Below are positions 26,940 through 37,449 of a stretch of DNA of 64,000 nt, piece after piece. The position numbers and the translations under genes were made by a program. This DNA is from an uncultured Coriobacteriia bacterium (GTDB lineage: Bacteria; Actinomycetota; Coriobacteriia; Anaerosomatales; PALSA-660): assembly GCA_963726435.1 (NCBI GenBank), contig CAVSCJ010000004.1:209214-273213 (forward strand). Direction: 5' to 3'. Each line of letters begins with the position of its first letter. Position 1 is the stretch's first letter. The notes beneath the pieces are model-generated. The model was not told where the DNA came from. It saw only the letters and a list, made by a program, of their open reading frames with translations, and did no database searches.

Positions 26940-27626
26940 ATGAGAGTCATACTCACCGCAGAGGTGAAGGGCAAGGGCCACGAAGGCGACATCGTCGAGG
27001 TCGCCCGCGGATATGCAGCGAACTACCTGCTGCCACGCAAGATGGCGGTCCCCGCCACCGCGGGCAACGTCAAGCAGCTCGAAGCGCGCATGGAGAACAT
27101 CCGGAAGCGCAACTCCACGCGCCTGGGCGATGCCGAGGCCATCGCGGCCTCGATCGAGGGCAAGTCGATCACGCTCGAAGCCAAGGCCGGCACGGACGGC
27201 AAGCTCTTCGGTTCGGTCACCACGTTGATGATCGAGGAAGCCATCGCCGACCAGTTGGGCGTGGACGTCGACCACAAGCGGATGGACCTGCACCGGCCCA
27301 TCAAGACCACGGGCGAGCACAGCGTCGGGGTCAGCGTCTTCGGGGACGTCAAGGCCACGCTGGCCGTCAGGGTAGTACCGGAGGGCGGCGCGGCCGCTCT
27401 CGCGGCGCAGGAAAGCGCCGCTGCGGAGGCCGAGGCTCTGAAGGCCGCTCATGCCGAGGCCGAGGAGACCGAAGCTCCGAAGGCCGAGGCCGCCGAAGTC
27501 GAGGAGTCCGCCGAGGCTCCCGTCGAGGCTCCCGTCGAGGAAGCGCCCGGCCAGCCGTCCGAGGCCCCAGCCGAGGAGGCCGCCGAGGCGTCCCCGGGCG
27601 AGCCGGAGGATGCTGACGGCGAGTAG
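26940..27626 (+). CDS. rplI: 50S ribosomal protein L9 with a long acidic Ala/Glu/Pro C-terminal extension
   Basis: MRVILTAEVKGKGHEGDIVEVARGYAANYLLP is a typical L9 N-terminus. The protein is 228 aa, against about 150 aa for typical L9. Confidence 0.93.
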   Translation: MRVILTAEVKGKGHEGDIVEVARGYAANYLLPRKMAVPATAGNVKQLEARMENIRKRNSTRLGDAEAIAASIEGKSITLEAKAGTDGKLFGSVTTLMIEEAIADQLGVDVDHKRMDLHRPIKTTGEHSVGVSVFGDVKATLAVRVVPEGGAAALAAQESAAAEAEALKAAHAEAEETEAPKAEAAEVEESAEAPVEAPVEEAPGQPSEAPAEEAAEASPGEPEDADGE

Positions 27627-27655
27627 CTCCAAGATGACCTGCTCAACGAAGGCTG

Positions 27656-29110
27656 GTGGACGTGGCTGAGGACAGATCGCGCAGGGCGGACCCGGGTCCG
27701 ATGTGGACCGGTGACCGCGTGCCTCCTCACGACCTGGACGCTGAGAAGTCGCTTCTCGGAGCGATGCTTCTATCGGCTGACGCCACCGCCGTGGGCCTGA
27801 GCAAGATCAAGATCGACGACTTCTACCGTCAAGCGCACCAGCGCATATTCGCCGCTATCTCGGCGCTCTTCTCCAAGGGCGAGCCCTGTGACGTCGTGAC
27901 GGCCGCCGCGCGCCTCGAGTCGACCGGCGAGCTGGAGCAGATAGGCGGCAAGGCCTATCTGCTCGACGTGGTCGCCACCGTTCCGCTGGCCGGCAATGTC
28001 GGCCAGTACGCCGATATCGTCAAGCGCACGTCGATGCTGCGCCGCCTGATAGTCGCGGCCACGCACATCGCCGCGATCGGATACCAGGCGCACGACGACA
28101 TAGACGAGGTCATCGAGAGCGCGGAGAAGGAGATCTTCGAGGTCACGAACGAGCGCGTGGAGACGACCTTCAGGCCGATCGAGGAGTTGCTGACCGACGG
28201 CTGGAAACACCTCGAGGAGCTCTACGAGCGCCAGGAGCACCTGACCGGAGTCACGACCGGGTGGGCGGAGCTGGACCGGATCCTCGCCGGGCTGCACCGC
28301 GGAGACCTCGTCATCCTCGCGGCGCGTCCCTCCGTCGGCAAGACCGCCTTCGCACTCAACCTGGCCGTGAACGCGGCCCGCGACGGCACCTCTGTCGGGG
28401 TCTTCTCCCTCGAGATGGCCTCGGAGCAGCTTGTGATGCGCATCCTGTCCTCGGAGTCGCGCGTTGACGGCCAGAAGCTCCGAACCGGGCGCCTGTCCGA
28501 CTCGGACTGGAAGCCGCTGATGGACGCCATGGGCAGGCTCGACGGCTGTGACCTTCACGTCGACGACACTCCGTCGCTGTCGATCATGGAGCTGCGCGCG
28601 AAGGCGCGCCGCATGTTCCGGGGCAAGAAGAACGGGCTGATCATCGTCGACTACCTGCAGCTGATGCAGGGGGCCTCGCGCCGCGCGGAGAACCGCCAAG
28701 TCGAGATCGCGGAGATCTCGCGGGGGCTCAAGATCCTGGCCAAGGAGCTGAACCTCCCGGTGCTGGCGCTCTCGCAGCTCTCGCGCGCGATCGAGCAGCG
28801 CGCGGACAAGCGCCCCATGCTGTCTGACCTGCGGGAATCGGGAGCGATCGAGCAGGACGCCGACGTTGTCATGTTCATCCACCGGGACACCTACAAACGG
28901 GACGACGCCGGCTACGACGACGAGCGTTCCTCGAGCCATCAGCCCCCGAAGGGAACCGCGGAGATCATCATCGCCAAACACCGCAACGGCCCAACGGGCA
29001 ACACGAGCCTGATCTTCCACGAACCGTACATGCGGTTCGTCAGCCCCCAGAGCGCGTCTGTCGTCGGCGGCATCGTGTCGCAGGTCGCGGAGCCCGAGCC
29101 ACCGCTCTAG
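27656..29110 (+). CDS. dnaB: replicative DNA helicase DnaB
   Basis: PPHDLDAEKSLLGAML N-terminus and Walker A GARPSVGKTAFALN. Exact start uncertain (GTG 27656 or ATG 27701). Confidence 0.93.
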   Translation: MDVAEDRSRRADPGPMWTGDRVPPHDLDAEKSLLGAMLLSADATAVGLSKIKIDDFYRQAHQRIFAAISALFSKGEPCDVVTAAARLESTGELEQIGGKAYLLDVVATVPLAGNVGQYADIVKRTSMLRRLIVAATHIAAIGYQAHDDIDEVIESAEKEIFEVTNERVETTFRPIEELLTDGWKHLEELYERQEHLTGVTTGWAELDRILAGLHRGDLVILAARPSVGKTAFALNLAVNAARDGTSVGVFSLEMASEQLVMRILSSESRVDGQKLRTGRLSDSDWKPLMDAMGRLDGCDLHVDDTPSLSIMELRAKARRMFRGKKNGLIIVDYLQLMQGASRRAENRQVEIAEISRGLKILAKELNLPVLALSQLSRAIEQRADKRPMLSDLRESGAIEQDADVVMFIHRDTYKRDDAGYDDERSSSHQPPKGTAEIIIAKHRNGPTGNTSLIFHEPYMRFVSPQSASVVGGIVSQVAEPEPPL

Positions 29111-29144
29111 GGTGCGTGTCGCTCGAGATCGGAAGAGGCGTGCC

Positions 29145-30536
29145 ATGACCGTCGAACGCTATGACGTGGTGATAGTGGGAGCCGGTCCGGCTGGCATATT
29201 CGCGGCTCTCGAACTGGCGCGCGGCGGCTTCGGCGGCAGAGTCCTCATCCTCGAGAAGGGCCACGGACTCGAGAAGCGCGCGTGCCCGGCCCGCGAGCGC
29301 GGCTGCGTTGACTGCCGCGTGTGCGACGTCATGACCGGGTGGGGCGGCGCCGGAGCCTTCTCCGACGGCAAGCTCACGCTGACAACCGAGGTCGGCGGGT
29401 GGTTGGCCGACTACACCGGCACCGAGGAGCTCGTGGGGCTGCTCGAGTACGCAGACGGTGTCTGGGTCGATTTCGGTGCGACTGCCGAGGTAACCGCGCC
29501 CGATGCCGCGACCGTCGAGCGACTCGGGCGGGAGGCGGCCGGGGCGGGCATGCGCCTCGTGCCGATGAGGGTGCGCCACATGGGGACTGACAAGTCGCCC
29601 GCGATCCTGTCAGCGATGCGCGTGGAACTCGAGCGGCGCGGCGTCGAGGTGCGCACCGACGTTGCGGTGGCGCGCATCCTCACGGCGGACGGCAGCGTGA
29701 CCGGAGTCGAACTCGCGGGAGGCGCCCGCGTCGAAGCACCGACGGTCATCGTGGCCCCGGGCCGCGAGGGTGCGGACTGGATGGCGTCCGAGGCGCGCCG
29801 CTTGGGGATCGATCTGACCAACAACGCGGTCGACATCGGCTTGCGCGTCGAGGTGCCCGCCGTTCTCATGGAGCCGCTCACCGACCCGCTCTACGAAGCG
29901 AAGCTCGTCTACGAGTCGAGACAGTTCGGGGACCGCGTCCGCACATTCTGCATGAACCCGTACGGGGAGGTCACGACCGAGAGCTACGGCGGCATCACGA
30001 CCGTCAACGGCCACTCGTTCTCAGACACCCGGACCACCAACACCAACTTCGCCGTGCTGGTCTCGCAGATGTTCACTGAACCGTTCGACGACCCGATCGC
30101 CTACGGTCAGGAGATCGCCCATCTGGCGAACCTTCTTTCCGACGGGGTCATCGTGCAGCGTCTGGGCGACCTGAAGGCCGGCCGGCGCTCGACGCCGGCG
30201 CGCATGGCGGAGTCGGTCGTCACGCCGACGATGAAGGGCGCGGTCCCGGGAGACCTGGCGTTCGTGCTGCCGTACCGGCACATGGTCGATCTACTCGAGT
30301 TCCTGGAGGCGCTGGACAAGCTGGTTCCGGGGGTGAACGGCCCCGGGACGCTACTGTACGGCGTCGAGGTCAAGTTCTACTCGTCACGAGTCGAGGTCGG
30401 GCCGGACCTTCAGACGTCGATCGTCGGGCTCTATGCGATCGGCGACGGCGCAGGGATCACGCGAGGGCTGCTTCAGAGCAGCGCGAGCGGCGTCGTCGCC
30501 GCTCGCGCCGTGAGGGCGCGTATCGGCGACCGGTGA
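29145..30536 (+). CDS. FAD-dependent oxidoreductase (COG2509-like)
   Basis: ATG 29145. DVVIVGAGPAGIFAAL dinucleotide-binding motif and a C-terminal GDGAGITRG motif. Confidence 0.8.
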   Translation: MTVERYDVVIVGAGPAGIFAALELARGGFGGRVLILEKGHGLEKRACPARERGCVDCRVCDVMTGWGGAGAFSDGKLTLTTEVGGWLADYTGTEELVGLLEYADGVWVDFGATAEVTAPDAATVERLGREAAGAGMRLVPMRVRHMGTDKSPAILSAMRVELERRGVEVRTDVAVARILTADGSVTGVELAGGARVEAPTVIVAPGREGADWMASEARRLGIDLTNNAVDIGLRVEVPAVLMEPLTDPLYEAKLVYESRQFGDRVRTFCMNPYGEVTTESYGGITTVNGHSFSDTRTTNTNFAVLVSQMFTEPFDDPIAYGQEIAHLANLLSDGVIVQRLGDLKAGRRSTPARMAESVVTPTMKGAVPGDLAFVLPYRHMVDLLEFLEALDKLVPGVNGPGTLLYGVEVKFYSSRVEVGPDLQTSIVGLYAIGDGAGITRGLLQSSASGVVAARAVRARIGDR

Positions 30537-30598
30537 GCACCTGCGGCCACGCGCTCCTTCATGCAGCTAGAACGCCATCCGATCCGTTGCGGCGAACG

Positions 30599-31258
30599 TC
30601 ACTGCGACCCGCGGGGGGTAGGCTCGAATGAACCGATCGCTTCCAGCTCCGAGGCCTTCCCTTCCCAGCCCATAAGGCGGATAACGGCGTCGGCCATGGC
30701 CTCGTCGGGCTGGTCTCCGATGACCACGGAGGTGACGAGAGAGCCGACGAACAGCGACAGGAACGCTCGCGCGCGCGTCTCGCGCGATGCGGGGTCGGAG
30801 TCCACTCCGTAGGCATCGTCGAGCCGCTCGACGGCCTGGAGGAGGTGCTCCCGGATGGGCGTCATGACCTGGGCGCGGATCTCCACCAGCACCGCCGGAT
30901 CGTGCGCGGCGGCGGTGAGCAGCGTGCGCAGGACGGGGCTGAACACACCGATCGCACCGCGACGATCCGCGAGCGCCGCCGCGATCTGCTCCCGCAGGGA
31001 CTCGGGGCGGATGGAATCGAGGATGCCGAAGGCCTCCTCGCGGATGCGGGACGCGACCACTCGCACGAGAGACAGGAACAGCTCCTCCTTGCCGGCGAAG
31101 TGCCGGTAGAGCGCCGGCTCGGTCACGCCGACCACCGCGGCCACGTCACGCATCGAGCCCGCGCGGTACCCCTTCTCCGTGAAGACCTCGAGTGCCGCGG
31201 CGAGGATCTCGCCTCGCCGCCCCGGCTCCCAGCTCGCGATCAGGCCGGCTTCCTTCAT
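30599..31258 (-). CDS. TetR-family transcriptional regulator
   Basis: Trimmed to ATG 31258 (ATGA overlap with the upstream ATPase stop). HTH region RAGSMRDVAAVVGVTEPALYRHFAGKEELF. Confidence 0.88.
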   Translation of the reverse strand: MKEAGLIASWEPGRRGEILAAALEVFTEKGYRAGSMRDVAAVVGVTEPALYRHFAGKEELFLSLVRVVASRIREEAFGILDSIRPESLREQIAAALADRRGAIGVFSPVLRTLLTAAAHDPAVLVEIRAQVMTPIREHLLQAVERLDDAYGVDSDPASRETRARAFLSLFVGSLVTSVVIGDQPDEAMADAVIRLMGWEGKASELEAIGSFEPTPRGSQ

Positions 31259-32214
31259 CGCTCCGCCCCCCGCCTCTCCCGGCCGACCAGGTGCACGAAG
31301 ACGTCCTCGATCGTCGGCTCGACCTGCTCGCAGCGGGAGACCGCAAAGCCGCCGCTGCGCAGCTCGTCGCCGACCGAGCATGGGTCGGTCCGGTCTCCGG
31401 CGTTGACGTGCAGCATCGCCCCGGAGAGGTACGCCTCGACGATGTCATCACGTTCGCCGAGCCAGGCGAGAGCGCCCTCGACGTCGCCGACCTCGACCTC
31501 GAGGATCTGGTCGGTCATGTGCTCCGCGCGGATCTGCTGGGGCGAGCCGATCGCGATCAGGCGTCCGTCGTAGATGAACGCGAGCCGGTTGCAGTGCGTC
31601 GCCTCGTCCATGTAGTGCGTCGTGACGAACAGCGTCACGCCGCCCTCCGCGAGCTGGTAGAGCAGCTCCCAGAACTGCCGCCGCGCAGACGGGTCCACAC
31701 CGGAGGTCGGCTCGTCCAGGAACAGCAGCTCGGGCTCGTGGATCGTCGCGCACCCGAGGGCCAGCCGCTGCTTCCAGCCGACAGAGAGGTTCGCGGTCAG
31801 CTCGCGCTCGCGCCCCACGAGGTCCGCCATCTCGAGCACGTACCGGCGGCGCTCCGCGTACCGCTCGCCCTCGATGCCGTAGACGCCGGCGTAGAAGCGC
31901 AGGTTCTCGTCGACGGTCATGTCCTAGAACAGGGCGAACTTCTGAGACATGTAGCCGATGGAGCGGCGCACCGACTCCGGGTCGGCGACGACGTCGTGCC
32001 CAAGCACTGTCGCCCCGCCGGATGTCGGCGCGATCGTCCCGCAAAGCATGCGGATCGTGGTCGTCTTGCCCGATCCGTTCGGGCCGAGGAAGCCGAAGAT
32101 CTCTCCGCGCGGCACGTCGAAGGAGATCGCGTCCACCGCCGTGAAGTCGCCGAAGCGCTTCGTGAGGTCGCGGACCTCGATCGCGCTCTGCCGCGTGAGG
32201 GTGTCCTCAGCCAT
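31255..32214 (-). pseudogene. ABC transporter ATP-binding protein interrupted by an in-frame TAG
   Basis: Walker A (GPNGSGKTT) lies in ORF 31924..32595. The signature LSVGWKQRL and Walker B LLFLDEPTSG lie in ORF 31255..31920. Both are in the same frame, separated only by TAG at 31924-31926 (..[22 protein letters not shown]..). Confidence 0.8.
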
Positions 32215-33332
32215 CAGTCCGCCAGTCTCTTGCGGAACCTGGCGAGAGCCGCGAAGAACACGACTGCCGAGAAGACCGCCATCGCCACCAGCTGGGGCCA
32301 CAGGGCGTCCAGCCCCGCGCTCTTCATCCAGTTGGACCGAAGCACCACGATCACGTATCGCAACGGTACCAGGTACGTGACGGGCACGATCGCGGCCGGC
32401 ATCGACTCGATCGGGAAGATGAAGCCGGAGAGCACCATCGTCGGTATGAGGATGAACATCGTCCCCTGCTGCGCCTGCTGCCGGGTGCGCGAGATCGTGG
32501 AGATGAAGAGTCCTTGCCCGAGCGCGGTGAACATGAACAGCAACAGCCCGAGACCGATGATGAGCACGTTGCCTGAGAACGGCACGCCGAACCACCAGCT
32601 GCCCACGAACATCACCAGCCCGGCCTGCGCGAAGGAGATCAGGACGTAGGGCGTGACCTTGCCGATCAGGTACTCGCCCCGGGTGATCGGCGTGACGAAC
32701 ATCTGCTCGAGCGTGCCCTTCTCACGTTCCTTGACTACCGCCTGGCTCATCACCGCGCTCATCGAAAGCATCATGATCATCGCGGCCAGGCCCGGGACCA
32801 TCGCGTCGACCGCGCGCAGCGACGGATTGAAGAGCACCCGGACCCTGGCGTCTATCCCGGGAGCTCCCGAGACCCCGAGAGCGGCCACGCGCTTCTGGTT
32901 GAAGGCCCCGACGATCTGAGCCGCGTAGCCGGACGCCACCGAGGCGGTCTTGCTGTCCGAGCCGTCGACCACCACCTCGACGGGGACAGTGCGCCCGCTC
33001 GTCACGTCGGCCTGCATGCCCGCCGGCAGCAGCAGCGCGGCCTGGATCTCGCCCCGGTCGAGCATCGGCTGGATCTCGCCCTCGCTCGCCGGTTCCGCCA
33101 CCACCACGAAGTAGCCGCTGGAGGTGAACGCCGAGACCACCTGGCGCGACATGGCCGTGCGGTCCGCGTCCACGACCGCTGTGGGAATGTTGCGCACGTC
33201 GGCGCCCACGACATAGCCGAACATGACCAGCTGGAGCACCGGCATGACCAGCACAAGGCGCAGGAAGAGTGGATCGCGCCTGAACTGCACGAACTCCTTC
33301 CAGATCAGAAGGCCTATGCGCTTCAGACTCAT
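32214..33332 (-). CDS. ABC-2 type transporter permease (YbhS/YbhR-like)
   Basis: Trimmed to ATG 33332 (MSLKRIGLLIWKEFVQFRRDP). Large extracytoplasmic loop followed by 5 TM segments. Confidence 0.88.
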   Translation of the reverse strand: MSLKRIGLLIWKEFVQFRRDPLFLRLVLVMPVLQLVMFGYVVGADVRNIPTAVVDADRTAMSRQVVSAFTSSGYFVVVAEPASEGEIQPMLDRGEIQAALLLPAGMQADVTSGRTVPVEVVVDGSDSKTASVASGYAAQIVGAFNQKRVAALGVSGAPGIDARVRVLFNPSLRAVDAMVPGLAAMIMMLSMSAVMSQAVVKEREKGTLEQMFVTPITRGEYLIGKVTPYVLISFAQAGLVMFVGSWWFGVPFSGNVLIIGLGLLLFMFTALGQGLFISTISRTRQQAQQGTMFILIPTMVLSGFIFPIESMPAAIVPVTYLVPLRYVIVVLRSNWMKSAGLDALWPQLVAMAVFSAVVFFAALARFRKRLAD

Positions 33333-33358
33333 GGGTCCGCTGCCTGACGGCGCTGCCA

Positions 33359-34499
33359 CTACTCGGCCCTCCTCGACCACATGAGGGAGGCGATCGTGAG
33401 GCCGGCGACCGCGTAGACCGCGAGCGCCGTGACCTCGGGCCACAGCAGCGTCAGGTCGGCGCCCTTGAGGAAGACGGCCCGCGCGACCACGACCATGTAG
33501 CGCCCCGGGAAGGCGTAGCTGACCCACTGCAGGACGACCGGGATCGAGTTCAGCGGGAACGCGAAGCCCGAGAGCATGAAGCCGGGTAGGAACGCGACCA
33601 TCAGCCCGAGGAAGTTGGCGGTCTCAAGCGATGGTGCGCGCGACGAGATGATGAGCCCGATCGCGAGGCAGCACATCACGAACAGGAACGCCGCGAGTGC
33701 GAGCGTGAGCACGCTGCCGCGCAGCGGCACCCCGAACACGAGCACTGCGACCAGGGTGATCACCACGACGTCGATCAGCCCGAGCGCCACCCACGGCGCC
33801 ACCTTGCCGATCATCAGCTCGCCGCGGCGGATCGGGGAGACCGCCAGCTGCTCGAAGGTGCCCTGGTCCTTCTCACGGACCAGCGAGACGGCGGTCTGCT
33901 GCACGGTGACGATCATGATGATCACGACCATCAACGCCGGGATGAGGAAGTCGGCGCTGCGGCGTTCCGGGTTGTACCACGTTCGCGACACGCGGAGACA
34001 GCTGTCCCACTGAGGCCGGGTCGAGGCCCCGCTGCTGTGCCCAGGTCACCGAGATCCCGCGTGACACGGATTGCGTCAGCGCGGTGGCGTACGCCTGCGC
34101 GAGCTGCGCGGAGTTCGGCTCGCTGCCGTCGACGAGAACCTGGACCGTGGGGGTCCGCGCAGCAGTCACGTCCCGCCCGAACCCGGGAGGGATGACGATC
34201 GCGACCCTCGCCGCCGAGCGGGCGATGAACGAGTCGATCTCCGCGTCGTTGTTCGCGTACGCCACGACGCGGAAGAAGCCCGACTGACCGAACTGCGAGA
34301 GCAGATCGCGGCTCTGAGCCGTCCGGTCCTGGTCCATCACGACCGTCGGCACGTTCTTCACGTCGAAGCAGATCGCGTAGCTGAACAGCAGCAGCTGGAT
34401 GACGGGCATCAGCAGGACGGAGACGAGGATCCGCCAGTCGCGCGAGATGTGGATGAACTCCTTGCGCGCGACGGCGACGATGCGGCGAAGTGCGCTCAC
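33359..34499 (-). pseudogene. ABC-2 type transporter permease with one frame change
   Basis: N-terminal half in ORF 33873..34499 (MSALRRIVAVARKEFIHISRDWR...). C-terminal TM half in ORF 33359..33991 (..SRTWYNPERRSADFLIPALM..). Junction near 33993-33999. Confidence 0.75.
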
Positions 34500-35504
34500 G
34501 AGGTCTCACGCTCCTCCGCGAGGAAGGCGAACGCTGCCTCCATGTCGGGGCGCGCCGCCGCGATCGACACGCCGGACGCGCCGGCGGCCTGAAGCTCCTG
34601 GGCCAGAGCGTCGGCGTCCGGTCCGTCCGGGAACGACGAGAACGCGCAGCGATTCGCCGTGCACCGATACGCTCCGTATTCCCGAGGTCTCGCGAAGGAC
34701 GCGCATCGCCGCGCGCTGGTCTGCCGCCGAGACCTCGTAGAGCGTGCCGGGCAGGCGGCCCTTGACCGCGGCCGGCGTGTCCACGACCTCGAGTCGGCCG
34801 TTGCGCATGAAGGCGACGCGGTTGCATCGCTCGGCCTCGTCCATGTAGGGCGTGGCGACGAAGACGGTGACTCCGCGCCGGTGCAGGTCGGAGATGATGC
34901 GCCAGAACTCGCGCCGCGACACCGGGTCGACGCCGGTGGTCGGCTCGTCGAGGAAGATCAGGTCGGGCTCGTGGATGAGCGTCGCCGCGAGCGCGAGCTT
35001 CTGCTTCATGCCGCCCGACAGGTTGCGCGCCTGGCGGTCGGTGAACCCTTCGAGCCCCGCGAACCTCAGCAACCGCTCGGCCCTGGCGGCCTTCTCAGCC
35101 CTCGGGACCCCGCGCAGCTCCGCGAAGAAGTCGAGGTTCTCCGCCACCGTCAGGTCGGGGTAGAGCGAGAAGTCCTGACTCATGTAGCCGATGCGCGATT
35201 TAACCGCCGCCGGGTCGCGGGTGACCGAGTGGCCGAATACCGTCGCGTCTCCCGAAGTCGGGCTCAGCACGGTCGCGAGCATCCTGATCAGCGTGGACTT
35301 GCCGGCGCCGTCGGGGCCGAGCAGGCCGAACACCTCGGCTCGTCCGACATCCAGAGTCACGCCGTCGACGGCGGTCACCTGCGACCCGCGGCCGCCGAAG
35401 ACCTTCACCAGGTCGCGCGCCGAGATGGCGGCCTCGCCGCCGGTCTCTTCCGCATGCCCGCGCGCGCTCGCGCGCGCACGGAGGTTCTCGAGGAGTGAGG
35501 CCAC
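34496..35504 (-). pseudogene. ABC transporter ATP-binding protein with a C-terminal frame change
   Basis: Walker A GPDGAGKST, signature LSGGMKQKL, Walker B LIFLDEPTTG. After ..ESLRVLVVP the ORF becomes Arg/Gly junk. Shifting one base near 34630 gives DGPDADALAQELQAAGASGVSIAAARPDMEAAFAFLAEERETS, ending in a GTGA overlap with the next gene. Confidence 0.8.
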
Positions 35505-35508
35505 GTGG

Positions 35509-36276
35509 CTACTCGAACGTCACGTCGGCCGGCATCCCCGGCTTGAGCGTCCCTGTCGTGTCGGCCACGGACAGCTTGACCGCGTAGACGAGCTTCACGC
35601 GCTGGTCCTTCGTCTCGATCTGAGTGGGGGTGAACTCAGCTTCGCTCGCTACGGAGGTGACCGAGCAGTCGAAGGACGATGTGGACGAGTCGGTGGTGAG
35701 CTTCGCCTTCTGCCCCACCCGTACTCGTCCGATGTCGCTCTCGGCGATGAAGACAGTCACTGTCAGCGAGTCGAGCCGCCCGATCGTGGCGAGCGTCTTG
35801 CCTGGAGAGGCGTTCTCGCCCACGTCCAGCGACTTGGTGAGGAGAACACCGTCGACCGCGGAGGTCACGGTGCAGTAGGACAGTTGCAGCTTCGCGATCT
35901 TGAGAGCGTCGCTCGCCTGGTCCAGCTGGGCTTGGGCAGCGGCCTTCACCGCACGGCTCTTGTGATCGCGACGGGTCTGATCTCGCGCGGCCTTGGCCGC
36001 GTTGACTCCGGCCTGGGCCTGGCCCACCTGCAGCTTGATCACGGAGTCGTCGATGCGGAAGAGCACGTCGCCCCTCTTCACGCGGGCGCCCTCCTCGGCA
36101 GGGGCGGCCACGATGGTGCCCGCGACCAGCGGGGCGACGGTCACCTCGGGCGCCTCGATCGTTCCCGAGCCCGAGAGCGCCGCACTGGCCGTTCCGTTGC
36201 CCGAGAGCAGGTACCATGTCACTCCCGCCGCGACGAGGACGAGCACGACTGCGATCACGGCGATCCTTCTGCTCAT
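35509..36276 (-). CDS. HlyD-family membrane-fusion (periplasmic adaptor) protein
   Basis: N-terminal TM, then a barrel-sandwich/coiled-coil pattern (GTIEAPEVTVAPLVAGTI...VKRGDVLFRID). Start overlaps the upstream stop (TGATG). Confidence 0.88.
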   Translation of the reverse strand: MSRRIAVIAVVLVLVAAGVTWYLLSGNGTASAALSGSGTIEAPEVTVAPLVAGTIVAAPAEEGARVKRGDVLFRIDDSVIKLQVGQAQAGVNAAKAARDQTRRDHKSRAVKAAAQAQLDQASDALKIAKLQLSYCTVTSAVDGVLLTKSLDVGENASPGKTLATIGRLDSLTVTVFIAESDIGRVRVGQKAKLTTDSSTSSFDCSVTSVASEAEFTPTQIETKDQRVKLVYAVKLSVADTTGTLKPGMPADVTFE

Positions 36277-37400
36277 CAAGATCCACTCCTAGTCGAGATG
36301 GTCAGGTCGGCCGGGGTGCCCGCCGGAAGCGGCGCGGCCGGGTCGTCAAGGGTGACGCTCACCTTGACCGCCCGCGTCATGTGCACGAGCGGGGTGGCCA
36401 AGGAAGTCGGCGGGTAGCCGAAGGACGGTGCGATGGCGCTGACCCTGCCAGTGAAGACACGCGCCCCGGAGCTGTCGGAACCAGCCGTCGCGGCGGCGCC
36501 GAGGCGCACCAGCAGGAGCTCTCCGGCGTCGAGGTAGGTGTCGAGGATGACCGGCCCGTCAGGCGCGATGCGGGCGACCGGCTGCCCGGCGAACGCGACC
36601 GAACCGGCCTGCACGACCTGAGTGACCACGCCGCTGCACGGAGCGCGCAGGACGGCGAGCGCCCGCCGGGCGTCGGCCACCTCGATCCCGACATCCGCGG
36701 CGTGCGCAGCGAGCACGAGCACGCGGCGCAAGCCACGAAGTTGGGAGCGAGCGGTGGAGAGCTTCGCCGACGCGCCGTTGAGCTTCGCTCGCGCCGCTGT
36801 CGCCTTCGCCAGGCCGGCGTCGATCTGCGCCAGTGCGGCCTTCAGCTTCGCGACGAGCACGCGCGGGTCGGGCACCCCAGGAGGCAGCACGGGCGGCATG
36901 TGCGCCACGGCATCCTCGGCGGCGGCAAGGTTCCGCACGACGTCCGCTCGCGATGCTCTGAGCGTCGCGAGCGCGGCGTCGAGCTTCTTGCGCGCGTCGG
37001 CCAACGTGGCCGAGTTCGACGCCAATGTGTCGAGGTTGGCGTCGGCCACCCCGATGTTCGCCTTGGCGAGCCTGGCTCCGGCGCGCGCGACATCCGCCTG
37101 GAGCGCGAGCGCCCGGTCGTCCAGTCGCGCGACCACCTGGCCCGTCGTGACATGAGATCCCTCCGGGGCCTCGATGGAGGCGATCGTGCCGGCAAGCGCG
37201 GGCTGGCCCGACGCGGCGGAGGTCCGGGTGGACGCCAACGATGGTGCGACGAGGATCACGCTGTCGGACCGCACGGTGGCGGAGACGGCCAGCCGACCGG
37301 AGCTCAGAGGGTCCTCGGCGGCCAGGCGGGCCGACGCTAGCCAAGCCAACGCACCCAGCAGGACGACCAGGAAGATGGCTATCAGCCAAGGGCGCTTCAT
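36276..37400 (-). CDS. HlyD-family membrane-fusion protein with a long Ala-rich coiled coil
   Basis: 374-aa ORF. Signal/TM MKRPWLIAIFLVVLLGALAW. First gene of the exporter operon. Confidence 0.85.
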   Translation of the reverse strand: MKRPWLIAIFLVVLLGALAWLASARLAAEDPLSSGRLAVSATVRSDSVILVAPSLASTRTSAASGQPALAGTIASIEAPEGSHVTTGQVVARLDDRALALQADVARAGARLAKANIGVADANLDTLASNSATLADARKKLDAALATLRASRADVVRNLAAAEDAVAHMPPVLPPGVPDPRVLVAKLKAALAQIDAGLAKATAARAKLNGASAKLSTARSQLRGLRRVLVLAAHAADVGIEVADARRALAVLRAPCSGVVTQVVQAGSVAFAGQPVARIAPDGPVILDTYLDAGELLLVRLGAAATAGSDSSGARVFTGRVSAIAPSFGYPPTSLATPLVHMTRAVKVSVTLDDPAAPLPAGTPADLTISTRSGS

Positions 37401-37449
37401 GTCCGGAGCTGTTCCCGTCGGTGTGCTCGAGGCGCGCCGTCACGGCGCG

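Noticed and set aside
31924-31926. In-frame TAG as a pyrrolysine or readthrough codon.
   Set aside because: An ABC ATPase is not a plausible Pyl protein. There is no pyl gene or PYLIS-like context here, and other plain lesions affect the same operon.
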